Source: Verrucomicrobiaceae bacterium
GTDB taxonomy: Bacteria; Verrucomicrobiota; Verrucomicrobiia; Verrucomicrobiales; Akkermansiaceae
Assembly: GCA_051252135.1 (NCBI GenBank)
Contig: JBPOGH010000002.1
Location: 288,001 to 352,000 of the forward strand
DNA length: 64,000 nucleotides
Direction: 5' to 3'
Program-made: the position numbers and the translations under genes
Shown here: piece by piece, positions 19,126-28,720 of the stretch
How the letters are laid out: every line of letters begins with the position of its first letter
How positions within the stretch are numbered: the stretch's first letter is position 1
The notes under the pieces: model-generated
Told to the model about the DNA's origin: nothing
Database searches by the model: none
What the model saw: only the letters and a program-made list of their open reading frames with translations

Positions 19126-20789
19126 GTGGAGCAAATTTCAAGAACCTCAGCGAGGAGGAGAAGGATTGGTTGGACGGCTATCTTGATGGCACGATCAGCG
19201 CGGCGGATTTTGCGGCGATGCAGGATCGGATGGTGGAGAGTCCGGGCTTCCGGGAGGTGATGCGGCGTTATTTGCTGGTGGATGATTTCCTGCGGAGCGG
19301 TGCGGAGGATGCGGGTTCTCCCTGGCAGGCGGTGGATGAAGAGGGGCGGATGCCGGAGAAGGGGGCGATATTGAGATTTCCCAATATGGTTCAGCTGGGG
19401 ATGGCGGCAGCGGTGGCCTTTGTGTTGGGGCTGACGCTGATGTATGTGTTTTCCAAGCCGGAAGCGGCGGTGGCCTCCGGGGATCCGATCAAGCCATCGG
19501 TGAAGTCCTTTGCGGAGGGGTTTGCGGTGGTGGAGAGTCTGATGGGGGCGACGTGGCCGGAGGGTGATGCGGGTCATGATGAGGGGGATACGCTGGGGAC
19601 CGAGGTGTTCCGGATTGCGGGCGGGGCGGCGGAGATTCAGTTTTTCTCAGGGGCGACGATGACGGTGGAGGGGCCGGCGGAGATTTCGCTGAAGTCGGCA
19701 TGGGAGGCATATTGTCTGGAGGGTGCGGTGCGGATGCAGGTGCCTCCGGCGGCGCGCGGGTTTATTTTGAATTCGCCCTCGACAGAGATTGTTGATTTGG
19801 GGACGGAGTTCGGTCTCGTGGTGCGCGGGGGAGAGGGGCACGTGGAGGTTTTTGACGGGGAGATTGAATTGACGCACCGGGATGAGGGGACGCAGTTGCT
19901 GACGAAGGGGGCGGCGCGCGAGTTGCAGTCGGACGGGCCGTCGGTGGAGTCGGCGAGCGGGACGGTTGATTTTCCGGATTCGGGGAGGTTTCAGCTGCAT
20001 GCGCGGGACAAGCGGATGGGAGATTTTGAGCGGTGGCTGGAGCACCGTGATGCGGTATCGCGTGATGAGCGCTTGATTGCCTATTATTCCTTTGAGCGTG
20101 AGGAACAGAATCCTCTGGTGCCGAATCTGGGGCTTCCGCGCGATGCGGAGTTGGATGGGGCGGTGATTTTAGCGGAGCCGGTGGATGGTCGCTGGCCGGG
20201 GTTGAGCTCGGCGCTGGAATTCCGGCGTCCGGGAGCGCGGGTGCGGGTAAACATTCCGGGTGAGTTTTCGGCCTACACCTTTTCCTGTTGGGTGAGGATT
20301 GATAGTCTGGACCGGATGTACAGTGCGCTGTTCATGGGTGACGGGTATGAGAACGGAGAGCCGCACTGGCAGATTGAGGATAGCGGGCGGCTGATGCTTT
20401 CGGTGATGGTGGATGATACGAAAACCCATCCGGAAAACGATGAGTCGCGTTTTCACCATGTTTATTATTCCCCACCAATTTGGGATCTGTCGATGAGCGG
20501 GGAGTGGATTCACCTGACGTCGACCTTTAGTCCGGCGAAGCGGGAGGTTTGCCATTACGTGAATGGGGAGCGGATTTCGAGAGAGGAGATCAAGGATTTG
20601 TTCTTTGTAGAGCAGCTGCGGATCGGGAATGGGGAGATTGGCAACTGGGGGCAGCCCTTCCGGGAGGATCCGAGTTTTACGATCCGGAATTTGAGCGGAC
20701 GGATGGATGAGCTGGCAATTTATGGTGCGGCGTTGAGCGAGGGCGAGGTGAGGGCGCTCTTTGAGGGGAGTCGCTCGCGGAGTCGGTGA
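19122..20789 (+). CDS. FecR-like anti-sigma factor with C-terminal LamG domain
   Basis: N-terminal anti-sigma helix, single TM, FecR motifs (SGA...EGPA, IVDLGTEFG, VEVFDGEI), LamG (WIHL, GRMDELAIY..AL). Confidence 0.9.
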   Translation: MSGANFKNLSEEEKDWLDGYLDGTISAADFAAMQDRMVESPGFREVMRRYLLVDDFLRSGAEDAGSPWQAVDEEGRMPEKGAILRFPNMVQLGMAAAVAFVLGLTLMYVFSKPEAAVASGDPIKPSVKSFAEGFAVVESLMGATWPEGDAGHDEGDTLGTEVFRIAGGAAEIQFFSGATMTVEGPAEISLKSAWEAYCLEGAVRMQVPPAARGFILNSPSTEIVDLGTEFGLVVRGGEGHVEVFDGEIELTHRDEGTQLLTKGAARELQSDGPSVESASGTVDFPDSGRFQLHARDKRMGDFERWLEHRDAVSRDERLIAYYSFEREEQNPLVPNLGLPRDAELDGAVILAEPVDGRWPGLSSALEFRRPGARVRVNIPGEFSAYTFSCWVRIDSLDRMYSALFMGDGYENGEPHWQIEDSGRLMLSVMVDDTKTHPENDESRFHHVYYSPPIWDLSMSGEWIHLTSTFSPAKREVCHYVNGERISREEIKDLFFVEQLRIGNGEIGNWGQPFREDPSFTIRNLSGRMDELAIYGAALSEGEVRALFEGSRSRSR

Positions 20790-20807
20790 TTTTTTTTCCG
20801 GGAGGAC

Positions 20808-20839
20808 GTTAGAATTTTCCGGAGTTGGAAGTGATAGGG
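20808..20839 (+). promoter_or_regulatory. Putative ECF-sigma promoter, copy 2
   Basis: GTTAGA-N13-GGAAGTGATAGGG upstream of the PEP-CTERM/LamG/CotH unit. Confidence 0.6.
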
Positions 20840-20943
20840 TGATCTGACTCTTTATCAGCCAATGATTTGCTGTCGGATGGGGTTCTTTCCCCGTGACAAG
20901 AAACGTTCCTGGGCCTACTCCTTTAGTGTTAATTCCATCGATT

Positions 20944-21645
20944 ATGAAAACAATGCACACATTGATCGCGCTGCCACTTGTGGCAGGACTTGTCGGCTCG
21001 GCCCACGCCGTGACGGCACTTATTGACTTCGGGACGGCGAACGCGCCGAGTCCCTACAATACGGTTCCAATCACCTTCGGCGCGGACGCGGATACGGGCA
21101 TTGTGGCATTGAATGATACGAGCTCTGCGGCGACCGGGTGGTCGGTGAATGTGAGTGAGACGGGGACCGGCAATGGCGGAAATGCCGGTGCGGGGGCGAA
21201 TGTTTCCTCATTTCCGGCGTCACTTTCGAGTTATGCGGCGGAGGCGTTGCAAGACAGTATTTATGCCAACCAAGGAGGAGGGACGACACCCTCGATGGTG
21301 CTGACCTTGTCCGGGTTGAACAGCGCGCTTACCTACGACCTTTTGCTGTATGGATCACGTGCCAACGGTCAGGGAGTGGATCAAATTTGGAACATCACCC
21401 AGGGAACGGGTGGTGCGACGGTGACGCATTTTTCGGAACTCAATGATACCACGGTGGTTGATTGGCAGGGAGTGAGTCCGAATGGGTCGGGAGTGATCGA
21501 GGTGAGCATTACCGCTGGTGCGGATGCGGCGGGTGCATTGGCACTGAACTTCGGGTCGATCACGGAGAATGCGATTCCGGAGCCGTCTGCCGGATTACTT
21601 TGTGCGCTTGCCGGTCTGGCGCTGGTGAAACGTCGCCGTTCCTAG
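20944..21645 (+). CDS. PEP-CTERM sorting domain protein
   Basis: Signal peptide ending AHA; C-terminus IPEPSAGLLCALAGLALVKRRRS. Confidence 0.92.
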   Translation: MKTMHTLIALPLVAGLVGSAHAVTALIDFGTANAPSPYNTVPITFGADADTGIVALNDTSSAATGWSVNVSETGTGNGGNAGAGANVSSFPASLSSYAAEALQDSIYANQGGGTTPSMVLTLSGLNSALTYDLLLYGSRANGQGVDQIWNITQGTGGATVTHFSELNDTTVVDWQGVSPNGSGVIEVSITAGADAAGALALNFGSITENAIPEPSAGLLCALAGLALVKRRRS

Positions 21646-21691
21646 GATTTTATTTTCAGGCTATTTTTTCAAAATCAACCAATCCAGATCC

Positions 21692-23986
21692 ATGAAACAC
21701 ACATTTGCAACCTACCTGCTCCCGGCAGTGATTACGGTCCTGCCTGTCCAGGGCAAGTTGGCCGCCTGGTATCCGCTCGATGAGACCCAGAGTTCAACGA
21801 CCGTTACGGAAAATGTCTCCGGCACGCCCACTACTCTTGCCGGGTTTGACGTCGACCCGTCCATCACCGCGATCCTCAAGGGTCATCTGTCGGCTTCCCA
21901 AGCCCTTGGCACCTCCTATCTTTTGAACGACGCCGATAACAATGCGGGGGCGTTCAACCTTGGGACAAGCGCGGCCGTGCAGCCGGTGGACCAGTTCACG
22001 TTTACGTGCTTTATCCAACCTTCCAGTTTCAATGCTTATGACCGGATTTTTGAGTCACTTGATGGAAATTTGAATACCTTGCGCGGAATCCGGATCGATC
22101 TTGGCGCATCGGGGAATCAAGTGCGCTTTCTTGTCCGTGACGGGTCGGGTGCGACGGCCCAGACATCCCACCCGCTTGTCCTTCAAAATGACGGGTCGTG
22201 GTATTTTTGTGCGTTCCGCTACGATTCGGCGAGCGCGGATTCCACTCCACTTCGGGTCACGGTTTTGAAGCTTGATGGTTCGGTGATCGACGAAGCTGCG
22301 ATCGGTGCGGCAACAGTCGGGCCGGCTACAGTGGGGACCGGAGCGCTTACCGCTCCCCATAGTCAGGCCTCTGTGATTGGCTCCAGTTCTCCCGACGGTG
22401 GTCCATTTGCCCTGGATGGGGCGATTGATGAGTTGGCGATTTACGATAACTCCGACGGGAATGGTGTGTTGTCCAATGAGCAACTCGCGACCAACGCCCA
22501 GGTTGGGCCTTCGGGGGTTGAGCTGATTACGGCATTCGCAAGTGATACCTTGAGTGTTTCCCCTGGAAATCCGGTGACCTTCAACTGGACCATCACCGAG
22601 CCCTTCGATTCTCTTGTTCTTGAAGACGAGAGCGGCAATTCCACCGATTTGGTTCCTTTGACTGCAGGTGGTTCGGGGTCGACCACGGCCTCTCCTTCTG
22701 AAACGACGACTTACTATCTGAAGGGGGTCAATGGAGACGTGGAAAACACCCATGCGATCAAGATTCTTTCCGGAGCAGCTCCGGAGATTACGAATTTTGG
22801 TGCATCGAGCGCGGTGGTGCAGACCGGTTCCAACGTTGATCTCAGTTGGGTGGTTGTTGGTGCAGACACGGTCACGCTGGATCCCGGTGCGACCGATGTG
22901 ACAGCGCTCACCACGACAACGATTGCTATTAACGAAACCACGACCTTCACCCTTTCCGCGACGAATAGCTTCGGAACGACGACTGCGGATGTGACGGTTT
23001 CCTCCTTTAGCGGAGTGGTGCCAGCGCATCTTTACAATGCCGGGACCGAGACCAACACCGATGGCACTTGGTTTGACCAGGTTGATGTCAAAAACCTGAA
23101 TGCCAGTGGTCTGATCCGCCTGGCTCCTTTGACAACGGAAAGTCCCAACACGAATATTACCGGCGCGTATCTTGCGGAGAGCGCGGGTGTGGGAGCAAGC
23201 GTGGGTGCATATCAGTTTGCCCAATCCACCTTTGAGATTTGGCTTCGTCCGGGTGCGGTGACGGCAGATCATGGTGTGATCTTTGAGACCGGTGGTGGAC
23301 AGAACGGACTTGCGGCCTTGTTGAATCAAAATGGTCTCCGGTTTATTGGAAGTGCCGGAAACGTGAGAAACCTGGACCTTGTGGTTCCTCTTGCCGGTTT
23401 GAACATGGAGGACTTCATCCAGGTGGTGTTCTCACATGATACGGCCACTGATTCCTTCGCGGTTTCGGTGCGTGACACCTTTGGTGCGGTGCGGACAGCG
23501 ACTGAAACTGCCGCAGTGATCATGGGAGGAAATGGGGCGGTGGTCTTTGCCTGGGGAGCGGGCGCAGTGGGTGGAAGTGAAAACAATCTCGGAGGAAACA
23601 CCGAACTCCCGGGAGCTACTCCGGAGGGGCTCACGAGTTTCCTTGGTGAGATTGCGATCATCAATGTTTACGATCAGATTCTGGACGCCACCCAGATCAA
23701 GGCAGCCTTTGACTCGGTCGCGACGATCACGGCACCTCCAGCAGGTGGCTTGAATGCAGTCACGGCGATCGCATTCGATGGAGCGTCGACAGTCACGCTT
23801 ACGTGGAACTCCCAGAACGGAACAACTTACGACGCCGAGTTTTCCACCAGTCTGGAGGACGGTTCATGGTTCCCGCTGGAACAGGTGGTCACGGCGACGG
23901 CCAATGTGACGACCCATGGTTTCACCATTCCTCCCAATCAGGAGAAGTTCTTCCTGAGAATCATCGAAGCGACCCCTGAACCCTAG
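21692..23986 (+). CDS. Secreted LamG/Ig-like repeat surface protein
   Basis: Signal peptide; two LamG-like domains (AWYPLDE..GAIDELAIY; FEIWLRP..GEIAIINVY); Thr-rich Ig-like repeats; C-terminal LTWNS..Y..E.S..L..W..FFLRI domain. Confidence 0.8.
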   Translation: MKHTFATYLLPAVITVLPVQGKLAAWYPLDETQSSTTVTENVSGTPTTLAGFDVDPSITAILKGHLSASQALGTSYLLNDADNNAGAFNLGTSAAVQPVDQFTFTCFIQPSSFNAYDRIFESLDGNLNTLRGIRIDLGASGNQVRFLVRDGSGATAQTSHPLVLQNDGSWYFCAFRYDSASADSTPLRVTVLKLDGSVIDEAAIGAATVGPATVGTGALTAPHSQASVIGSSSPDGGPFALDGAIDELAIYDNSDGNGVLSNEQLATNAQVGPSGVELITAFASDTLSVSPGNPVTFNWTITEPFDSLVLEDESGNSTDLVPLTAGGSGSTTASPSETTTYYLKGVNGDVENTHAIKILSGAAPEITNFGASSAVVQTGSNVDLSWVVVGADTVTLDPGATDVTALTTTTIAINETTTFTLSATNSFGTTTADVTVSSFSGVVPAHLYNAGTETNTDGTWFDQVDVKNLNASGLIRLAPLTTESPNTNITGAYLAESAGVGASVGAYQFAQSTFEIWLRPGAVTADHGVIFETGGGQNGLAALLNQNGLRFIGSAGNVRNLDLVVPLAGLNMEDFIQVVFSHDTATDSFAVSVRDTFGAVRTATETAAVIMGGNGAVVFAWGAGAVGGSENNLGGNTELPGATPEGLTSFLGEIAIINVYDQILDATQIKAAFDSVATITAPPAGGLNAVTAIAFDGASTVTLTWNSQNGTTYDAEFSTSLEDGSWFPLEQVVTATANVTTHGFTIPPNQEKFFLRIIEATPEP

Positions 23987-23992
23987 GTTATC

Positions 23993-26900
23993 GTGCGGTT
24001 TAAATTGCCCTTCTCAGATCCGGGACTTGTGTATCGACTTGCCGCTGCGGGATTTGCCTGCGCGACAGTCGGTGCCGGAGCCGCACCTCAGATTACCGAG
24101 TTTGCCGCGATCAATGGAGGGCATCTCCTTGATGGAGATGGCAGCGCGTCCGACTGGATTGAAATCCACAATCCGGATGGGGTTCCGCTCGAAATCGGAG
24201 GGTATCACCTGACGGATGATCCGGCGCAGCCGATGCTTTATACCTTTCCGGCCGGGACGTTGATCCCGGTGGGAGGGTATCTTACGGTCTTTGCTTCCGG
24301 TCGGGTTGAGGCCAATTACACTGATGGGGCTGGGAATCTGCACACCAATTTTTCGCTGAAGGGAAGTGGCGAGTATCTCTCGCTGCGGGCCCCGGATGGT
24401 TCACTGGTTCAGGAGTTCTTTCCGGAGTATCCTGCCCAGGAGGAGGATGTTTCCTATGGCTCGGGCACCTTGTCTCCCGAGTTCACTTTCATTTCGCAAA
24501 GTGACGTGTCCACCTGGCTGGTGCCCGGGAGCAATATTGGAAACTCCTGGCAATTGCCCGAATTTGATGACGCCGGGTGGAATGCGTCCGGAGTTTCGAT
24601 TGGCTATGGATACAATGATTTGATCAGCGCGGGTGGTGACACCCGGAGTGCGATGTGGTTTGTGAACGCCTCGGTTTACCAGAGGATTCCATTTCAGGTG
24701 GAAGACGCGAGTGCGATTTCATCGCTCTTGCTGAGCATGCGTTACGAGGACGGGTTTGTAGCCTACCTTAATGGGGTCCGTGTGGCTTCGGCCAATGCCC
24801 CTGCTGAAGGATCGCTTACCCATACCTCTAGTGCGACGAGTATTCACTCTGATGAAGAAGCAGTCATTCCGGTTGAATTTGATCTTTCACCGGCGTCCTT
24901 GGTGGACGGCACCAATATTTTGGCGATTCACGGATTGAATCGCTCGTCATCGGGGAGTGACTCCTCGGATTTTCTTATGATTTCCGGGCTTTCCGGGACT
25001 GCGGTTGGTGAAACGAGTTTTGGTTATTTTCTTCAGCCGACTCCGGGTGAGGCCAATGTGTCGGCTCCTTTGATTGGCTTTGTGAAAGACACCAAGTTCT
25101 CCCATGACCGGGGTTATTTTACGGAGCCCTTTGACCTTGCGATTACTTCGGCGACACCGGGCGCGGTCATTATTTACACGGTTGATGGAACGCCGCCATC
25201 GGAGTCGAACGGGATGATTTATACGGGGCCGGTCACGATTGATGAGACGACTGCGCTGAGAGCGATTGCGACGAAGAACGGCTATCAATCCTCCAATGTG
25301 GACACGCAGACCTACCTTTTTGTTGAGGATATCGTTCGTCAGACACGACCTTCCGATTACCCGTCGACCTGGAGTGGGGCGCGGGCTGATTACGACATGG
25401 ATCCCGAGGTGGTTGATGATCCGGCGTATGCGGATCTTTTTGATGAGTCGTTTGCGGCGATGCCCACTCTTTCGCTGGTGTTTGATCCGGATGCCTTTTT
25501 TGATTCCAGCACGGGGATTTACCAAAGGCCGATGGAGGAGGGGGTGGACTGGGAGCGGCCGACCTCCGCGGAGTTTTTCCTGGCGGATGGCTCGGAGCCG
25601 GGATTTCAGCTTGATGCAGGGGTTCGTGTCCAAGGGGGGTCTTCGCGAAATCCTGACACTCCGAAGCATTCGTTATCGCTCCGTTTTCGGTCAGAGTATG
25701 GTGCGGGGAAACTGAGATATCCACTTTACGAGAATTCCCCCGGGGGAGAGACGGCGGTGGAGGAGTTCGATGTGTTGCAGCTTCGTCCGGAGTATAATTT
25801 TGGCTGGATGCATCGTCATTGGTATCAAGCGGAGCATGCGCTTTATGGGCGTGATCAGTGGGCGAGTGATTTGTTTAACAAGATGGGGCAGAACGGCTCG
25901 CATGGTCGTTGGGTTCATTTGTTTTTGAATGGCATTTACTGGGGACTTTATGATTTGCACGAGCGTCCTGATGCGGATCACATGGCCAATTATTATGGCG
26001 GGCAGAAGGAAGATTACGACACGGTCAATTCCTCGGTGGCGACGAACGGGGACTTGGTGGCTTTCAATGAGATGATGGATTTGGCTTACGGGTCGATCAC
26101 GAGCGCGGGGACGTATGCGGCGATTCAGGAGTATCTCGATGTGGATGCCTTCATTGATTACATGGTGCTGAATGCGTATGTGGGGAACCGGGATTGGGAC
26201 GGGCACAACTGGCGTGCGGCGCGGAAGCGTGAGCCGGGGGCTCCTTATTTGTTCTTCCCCTGGGATACGGAATTTGCGGCGAGTCATGTGGGTGGGGGTA
26301 ACTTTTCCAATCCTCCGAATTTTGAGACCACTGCGTTGAATACCAATGTGCTGGGGAATAACGGGAATCGTCGACCGACGGGATTGCAGCAGCGGCTTGC
26401 GCTGAATGCGGAGTATCGGTTGCGTTATGCGGACCGGGTGCGGGCTCACTTTTTTAATGGCGGAGCATTGACTCCGGCGGTTTCGAGCACGACCTGGACG
26501 ACTCGTTCTGCATTGATGCATGATGCGGTTGTCGCGGAGTCCGCCAGATGGGGGGATTTTCGTCGTGATGTTAATAGTGGTCCGTGGAGTTCCGCGAACT
26601 TTGATCTTTATACGCGGGATGATGACTACCTGCCGATGAATACCTGGCTGGTCGGCAGCTATATTCCACAGCGCAGTGACATTGTCTTAAGTCAGTTGAG
26701 GAATGAGAATCTTTACCCTGACACTGATGCTCCGGATTTTTCCCAATATGGAGGGGTGGTGGCGGTTGGGTATGAGCTTGAGATCACTGGTCCGGGGACG
26801 ATTTATTACACGACAGATGGCTCGGATCCGCGATTGGCCGGTGGGAGTGTGAACGGGGCGGCGAGTGTGATTGCTTCGGGGTCGAGATTTACGCTGAATG

Positions 26901-27739
26901 AATCGACCTTGGTGAAGGCGCGGACGCGTGCGGCGAACAATGAGTGGTCGGCGCTGACCGAGGCGACGTTTACGATTGGAGCGGGGAATTTGGTGATCAG
27001 TGAGATCATGTACAATCCTTTGGGTGATCCGCTTTCCGAGTTTTTGGAGATCACGAATGCGGGGGCGTTTCCGGTGTCGTTGACGGGGTTGCGGTTTACG
27101 GACGGGTTGCAGTTTGAGTTTGATTTTCACTCGGCTATTTCCGCGATTCCGGCCGGGGGGAGAATCCTGCTTGTGCGGGACCTGATTGCCTTCCGTGCGG
27201 TTTACGGGAGTTCATTTGACGCGATCATTGCGGGTGAGTTTCAGGGGGATACGGCGCTGTCTGACAAAGGGGAGCGGCTGACGATCTCCAATGCGGACAA
27301 TGAGGTGGTTCTGAGTTTCCGGTATGAGGACAAGGACGGGTGGCCGGAGGAGGCGGATGGCAACGGGTATTCGCTGGTTTATGCGGGAGGCAATGCGGCG
27401 CTGGTCCAGAACTGGCGGCCATCGGTTGCGGTGGGGGGCAATCCGGGAGCGAGTGATTCGACGCCGTTTACGGGGGGAGATTTGACGGAATACGCGGTGG
27501 CGGTGCCCCTGGAGTTTGTTCAGGGAGCGAATGGTCTGGCGCTGACGTTTAGCACGAATTTGACAGCTGATGATGCGGTGGTGGAGCTCTCGGTTTCATC
27601 AAATCTGTTCGATTGGGAGCCAGTGTCTGCAGAGTTGCTGAGTTCCCAAGTGAATGGGAACCAGAGGGTGTTTGCGCTGGATGTGGTGCAGGATGGGGTG
27701 GGGTTTGCGCGACTATGGGTGCGCGAAAGAAGCAAATAG
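23993..27739 (+). CDS. Secreted lamin-tail + CotH kinase protein
   Basis: ITEFAAIN..DWIEIHN (LTD), YTVDGTPP, LFLNGIYWGLY, GNRDWDGHNW, FPWDTE, second LTD (VISEIMYNP). Confidence 0.9.
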   Translation: MRFKLPFSDPGLVYRLAAAGFACATVGAGAAPQITEFAAINGGHLLDGDGSASDWIEIHNPDGVPLEIGGYHLTDDPAQPMLYTFPAGTLIPVGGYLTVFASGRVEANYTDGAGNLHTNFSLKGSGEYLSLRAPDGSLVQEFFPEYPAQEEDVSYGSGTLSPEFTFISQSDVSTWLVPGSNIGNSWQLPEFDDAGWNASGVSIGYGYNDLISAGGDTRSAMWFVNASVYQRIPFQVEDASAISSLLLSMRYEDGFVAYLNGVRVASANAPAEGSLTHTSSATSIHSDEEAVIPVEFDLSPASLVDGTNILAIHGLNRSSSGSDSSDFLMISGLSGTAVGETSFGYFLQPTPGEANVSAPLIGFVKDTKFSHDRGYFTEPFDLAITSATPGAVIIYTVDGTPPSESNGMIYTGPVTIDETTALRAIATKNGYQSSNVDTQTYLFVEDIVRQTRPSDYPSTWSGARADYDMDPEVVDDPAYADLFDESFAAMPTLSLVFDPDAFFDSSTGIYQRPMEEGVDWERPTSAEFFLADGSEPGFQLDAGVRVQGGSSRNPDTPKHSLSLRFRSEYGAGKLRYPLYENSPGGETAVEEFDVLQLRPEYNFGWMHRHWYQAEHALYGRDQWASDLFNKMGQNGSHGRWVHLFLNGIYWGLYDLHERPDADHMANYYGGQKEDYDTVNSSVATNGDLVAFNEMMDLAYGSITSAGTYAAIQEYLDVDAFIDYMVLNAYVGNRDWDGHNWRAARKREPGAPYLFFPWDTEFAASHVGGGNFSNPPNFETTALNTNVLGNNGNRRPTGLQQRLALNAEYRLRYADRVRAHFFNGGALTPAVSSTTWTTRSALMHDAVVAESARWGDFRRDVNSGPWSSANFDLYTRDDDYLPMNTWLVGSYIPQRSDIVLSQLRNENLYPDTDAPDFSQYGGVVAVGYELEITGPGTIYYTTDGSDPRLAGGSVNGAASVIASGSRFTLNESTLVKARTRAANNEWSALTEATFTIGAGNLVISEIMYNPLGDPLSEFLEITNAGAFPVSLTGLRFTDGLQFEFDFHSAISAIPAGGRILLVRDLIAFRAVYGSSFDAIIAGEFQGDTALSDKGERLTISNADNEVVLSFRYEDKDGWPEEADGNGYSLVYAGGNAALVQNWRPSVAVGGNPGASDSTPFTGGDLTEYAVAVPLEFVQGANGLALTFSTNLTADDAVVELSVSSNLFDWEPVSAELLSSQVNGNQRVFALDVVQDGVGFARLWVRERSK

Positions 27740-27773
27740 TCAGAGGGTTAGGAGATTTTCCTCCAGAAAATCC

Positions 27774-27805
27774 GTTAGATTGCCCGATAGGCGGCAGTGG
27801 TTGCG
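27774..27805 (+). promoter_or_regulatory. Putative ECF-sigma promoter, copy 3
   Basis: GTTAGA-N13-GGCAGTGGTTGCG upstream of the PEP-CTERM gene. Confidence 0.6.
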
Positions 27806-27938
27806 TGATGGGTGAATTATTATTTTTCCATCACTCCTCATTGCAGGCTTTTGAAGACTGAAAAACGGAGGCTCTCGCAGAGGGCGAACGGGGGAAACCT
27901 CGATTGGAATGCATCCTAAAAAAACAAAAACAGAAATA

Positions 27939-28664
27939 ATGAAACAAACTAAACAATTAGTCCCGACGTTGGTGGGCTCGGTTTGCGTTTTGGCGCAAGC
28001 TCATGCTGCTACCATCTATTCGGAGAACTTCGATGGTTTGACGGTCGGCAACAACCTGACGACCTCGACCGACTGGAGTGCCGCCGCTGATGATTACGTC
28101 GTGCAGGCTTCCAACGCCGCATTTTCGAGCAATAACCTCCTGGTTGGGACCGATGCGACAAACTTCAACTTCGCGAACTGGGACGATGGAACCCAGCGGA
28201 CCTTGTTGACCATCTCGTTCGATATCGTGGATCTCGGCACGAGTGGCGCAGGCGGAGGTGATCGTGGGATTCGTTTTGCCGCGAGTCGGACAACTTCGAA
28301 TGCGGCGCTTGTCGATGTGAATGTTGACGACTTGGCGGACAACACTCTTTTCCACTATGACATTGTGGCCAACATCACGGGTTCTTCCGTTCTTTATGAG
28401 GATGGGATTACTTCGATTGCAGCGACCTCGTATGACGTTTGGGTCAACGGGGTGAAGACCGTGGATGGTGCCGCGCTTGTTGGTGCCGGATCCGGCAATA
28501 TCGATGGTGTTGGAATGTGGGCCAGACGCCCTGAAACCCAGCTCTACGTTGACAACCTGGCCTTCCGCGACACGGCGTTTTTTGCTGCGGCGATTCCCGA
28601 GCCGAGTTCCTTGGGGCTTTTGAGCTTTGGTGCGCTTGCGCTTTTGCGTCGTCGCTCCCGCTAG
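27939..28664 (+). CDS. PEP-CTERM sorting domain protein
   Basis: Signal peptide ending AQAHA; C-terminus IPEPSSLGLLSFGALALLRRRSR. Alternative start at 27909. Confidence 0.92.
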   Translation: MKQTKQLVPTLVGSVCVLAQAHAATIYSENFDGLTVGNNLTTSTDWSAAADDYVVQASNAAFSSNNLLVGTDATNFNFANWDDGTQRTLLTISFDIVDLGTSGAGGGDRGIRFAASRTTSNAALVDVNVDDLADNTLFHYDIVANITGSSVLYEDGITSIAATSYDVWVNGVKTVDGAALVGAGSGNIDGVGMWARRPETQLYVDNLAFRDTAFFAAAIPEPSSLGLLSFGALALLRRRSR

Positions 28665-28680
28665 TTGATGGGATTTTTTC

Positions 28681-28720
28681 AAAGCCGATTCCGGAGTGGT
28701 CCGGGGTCGGCTTTTATTTT
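28681..28720. terminator. Probable bidirectional intrinsic terminator
   Basis: aaagccgattccgga-gtgg-tccggggtcggctttt hairpin between convergent genes. Confidence 0.7.
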
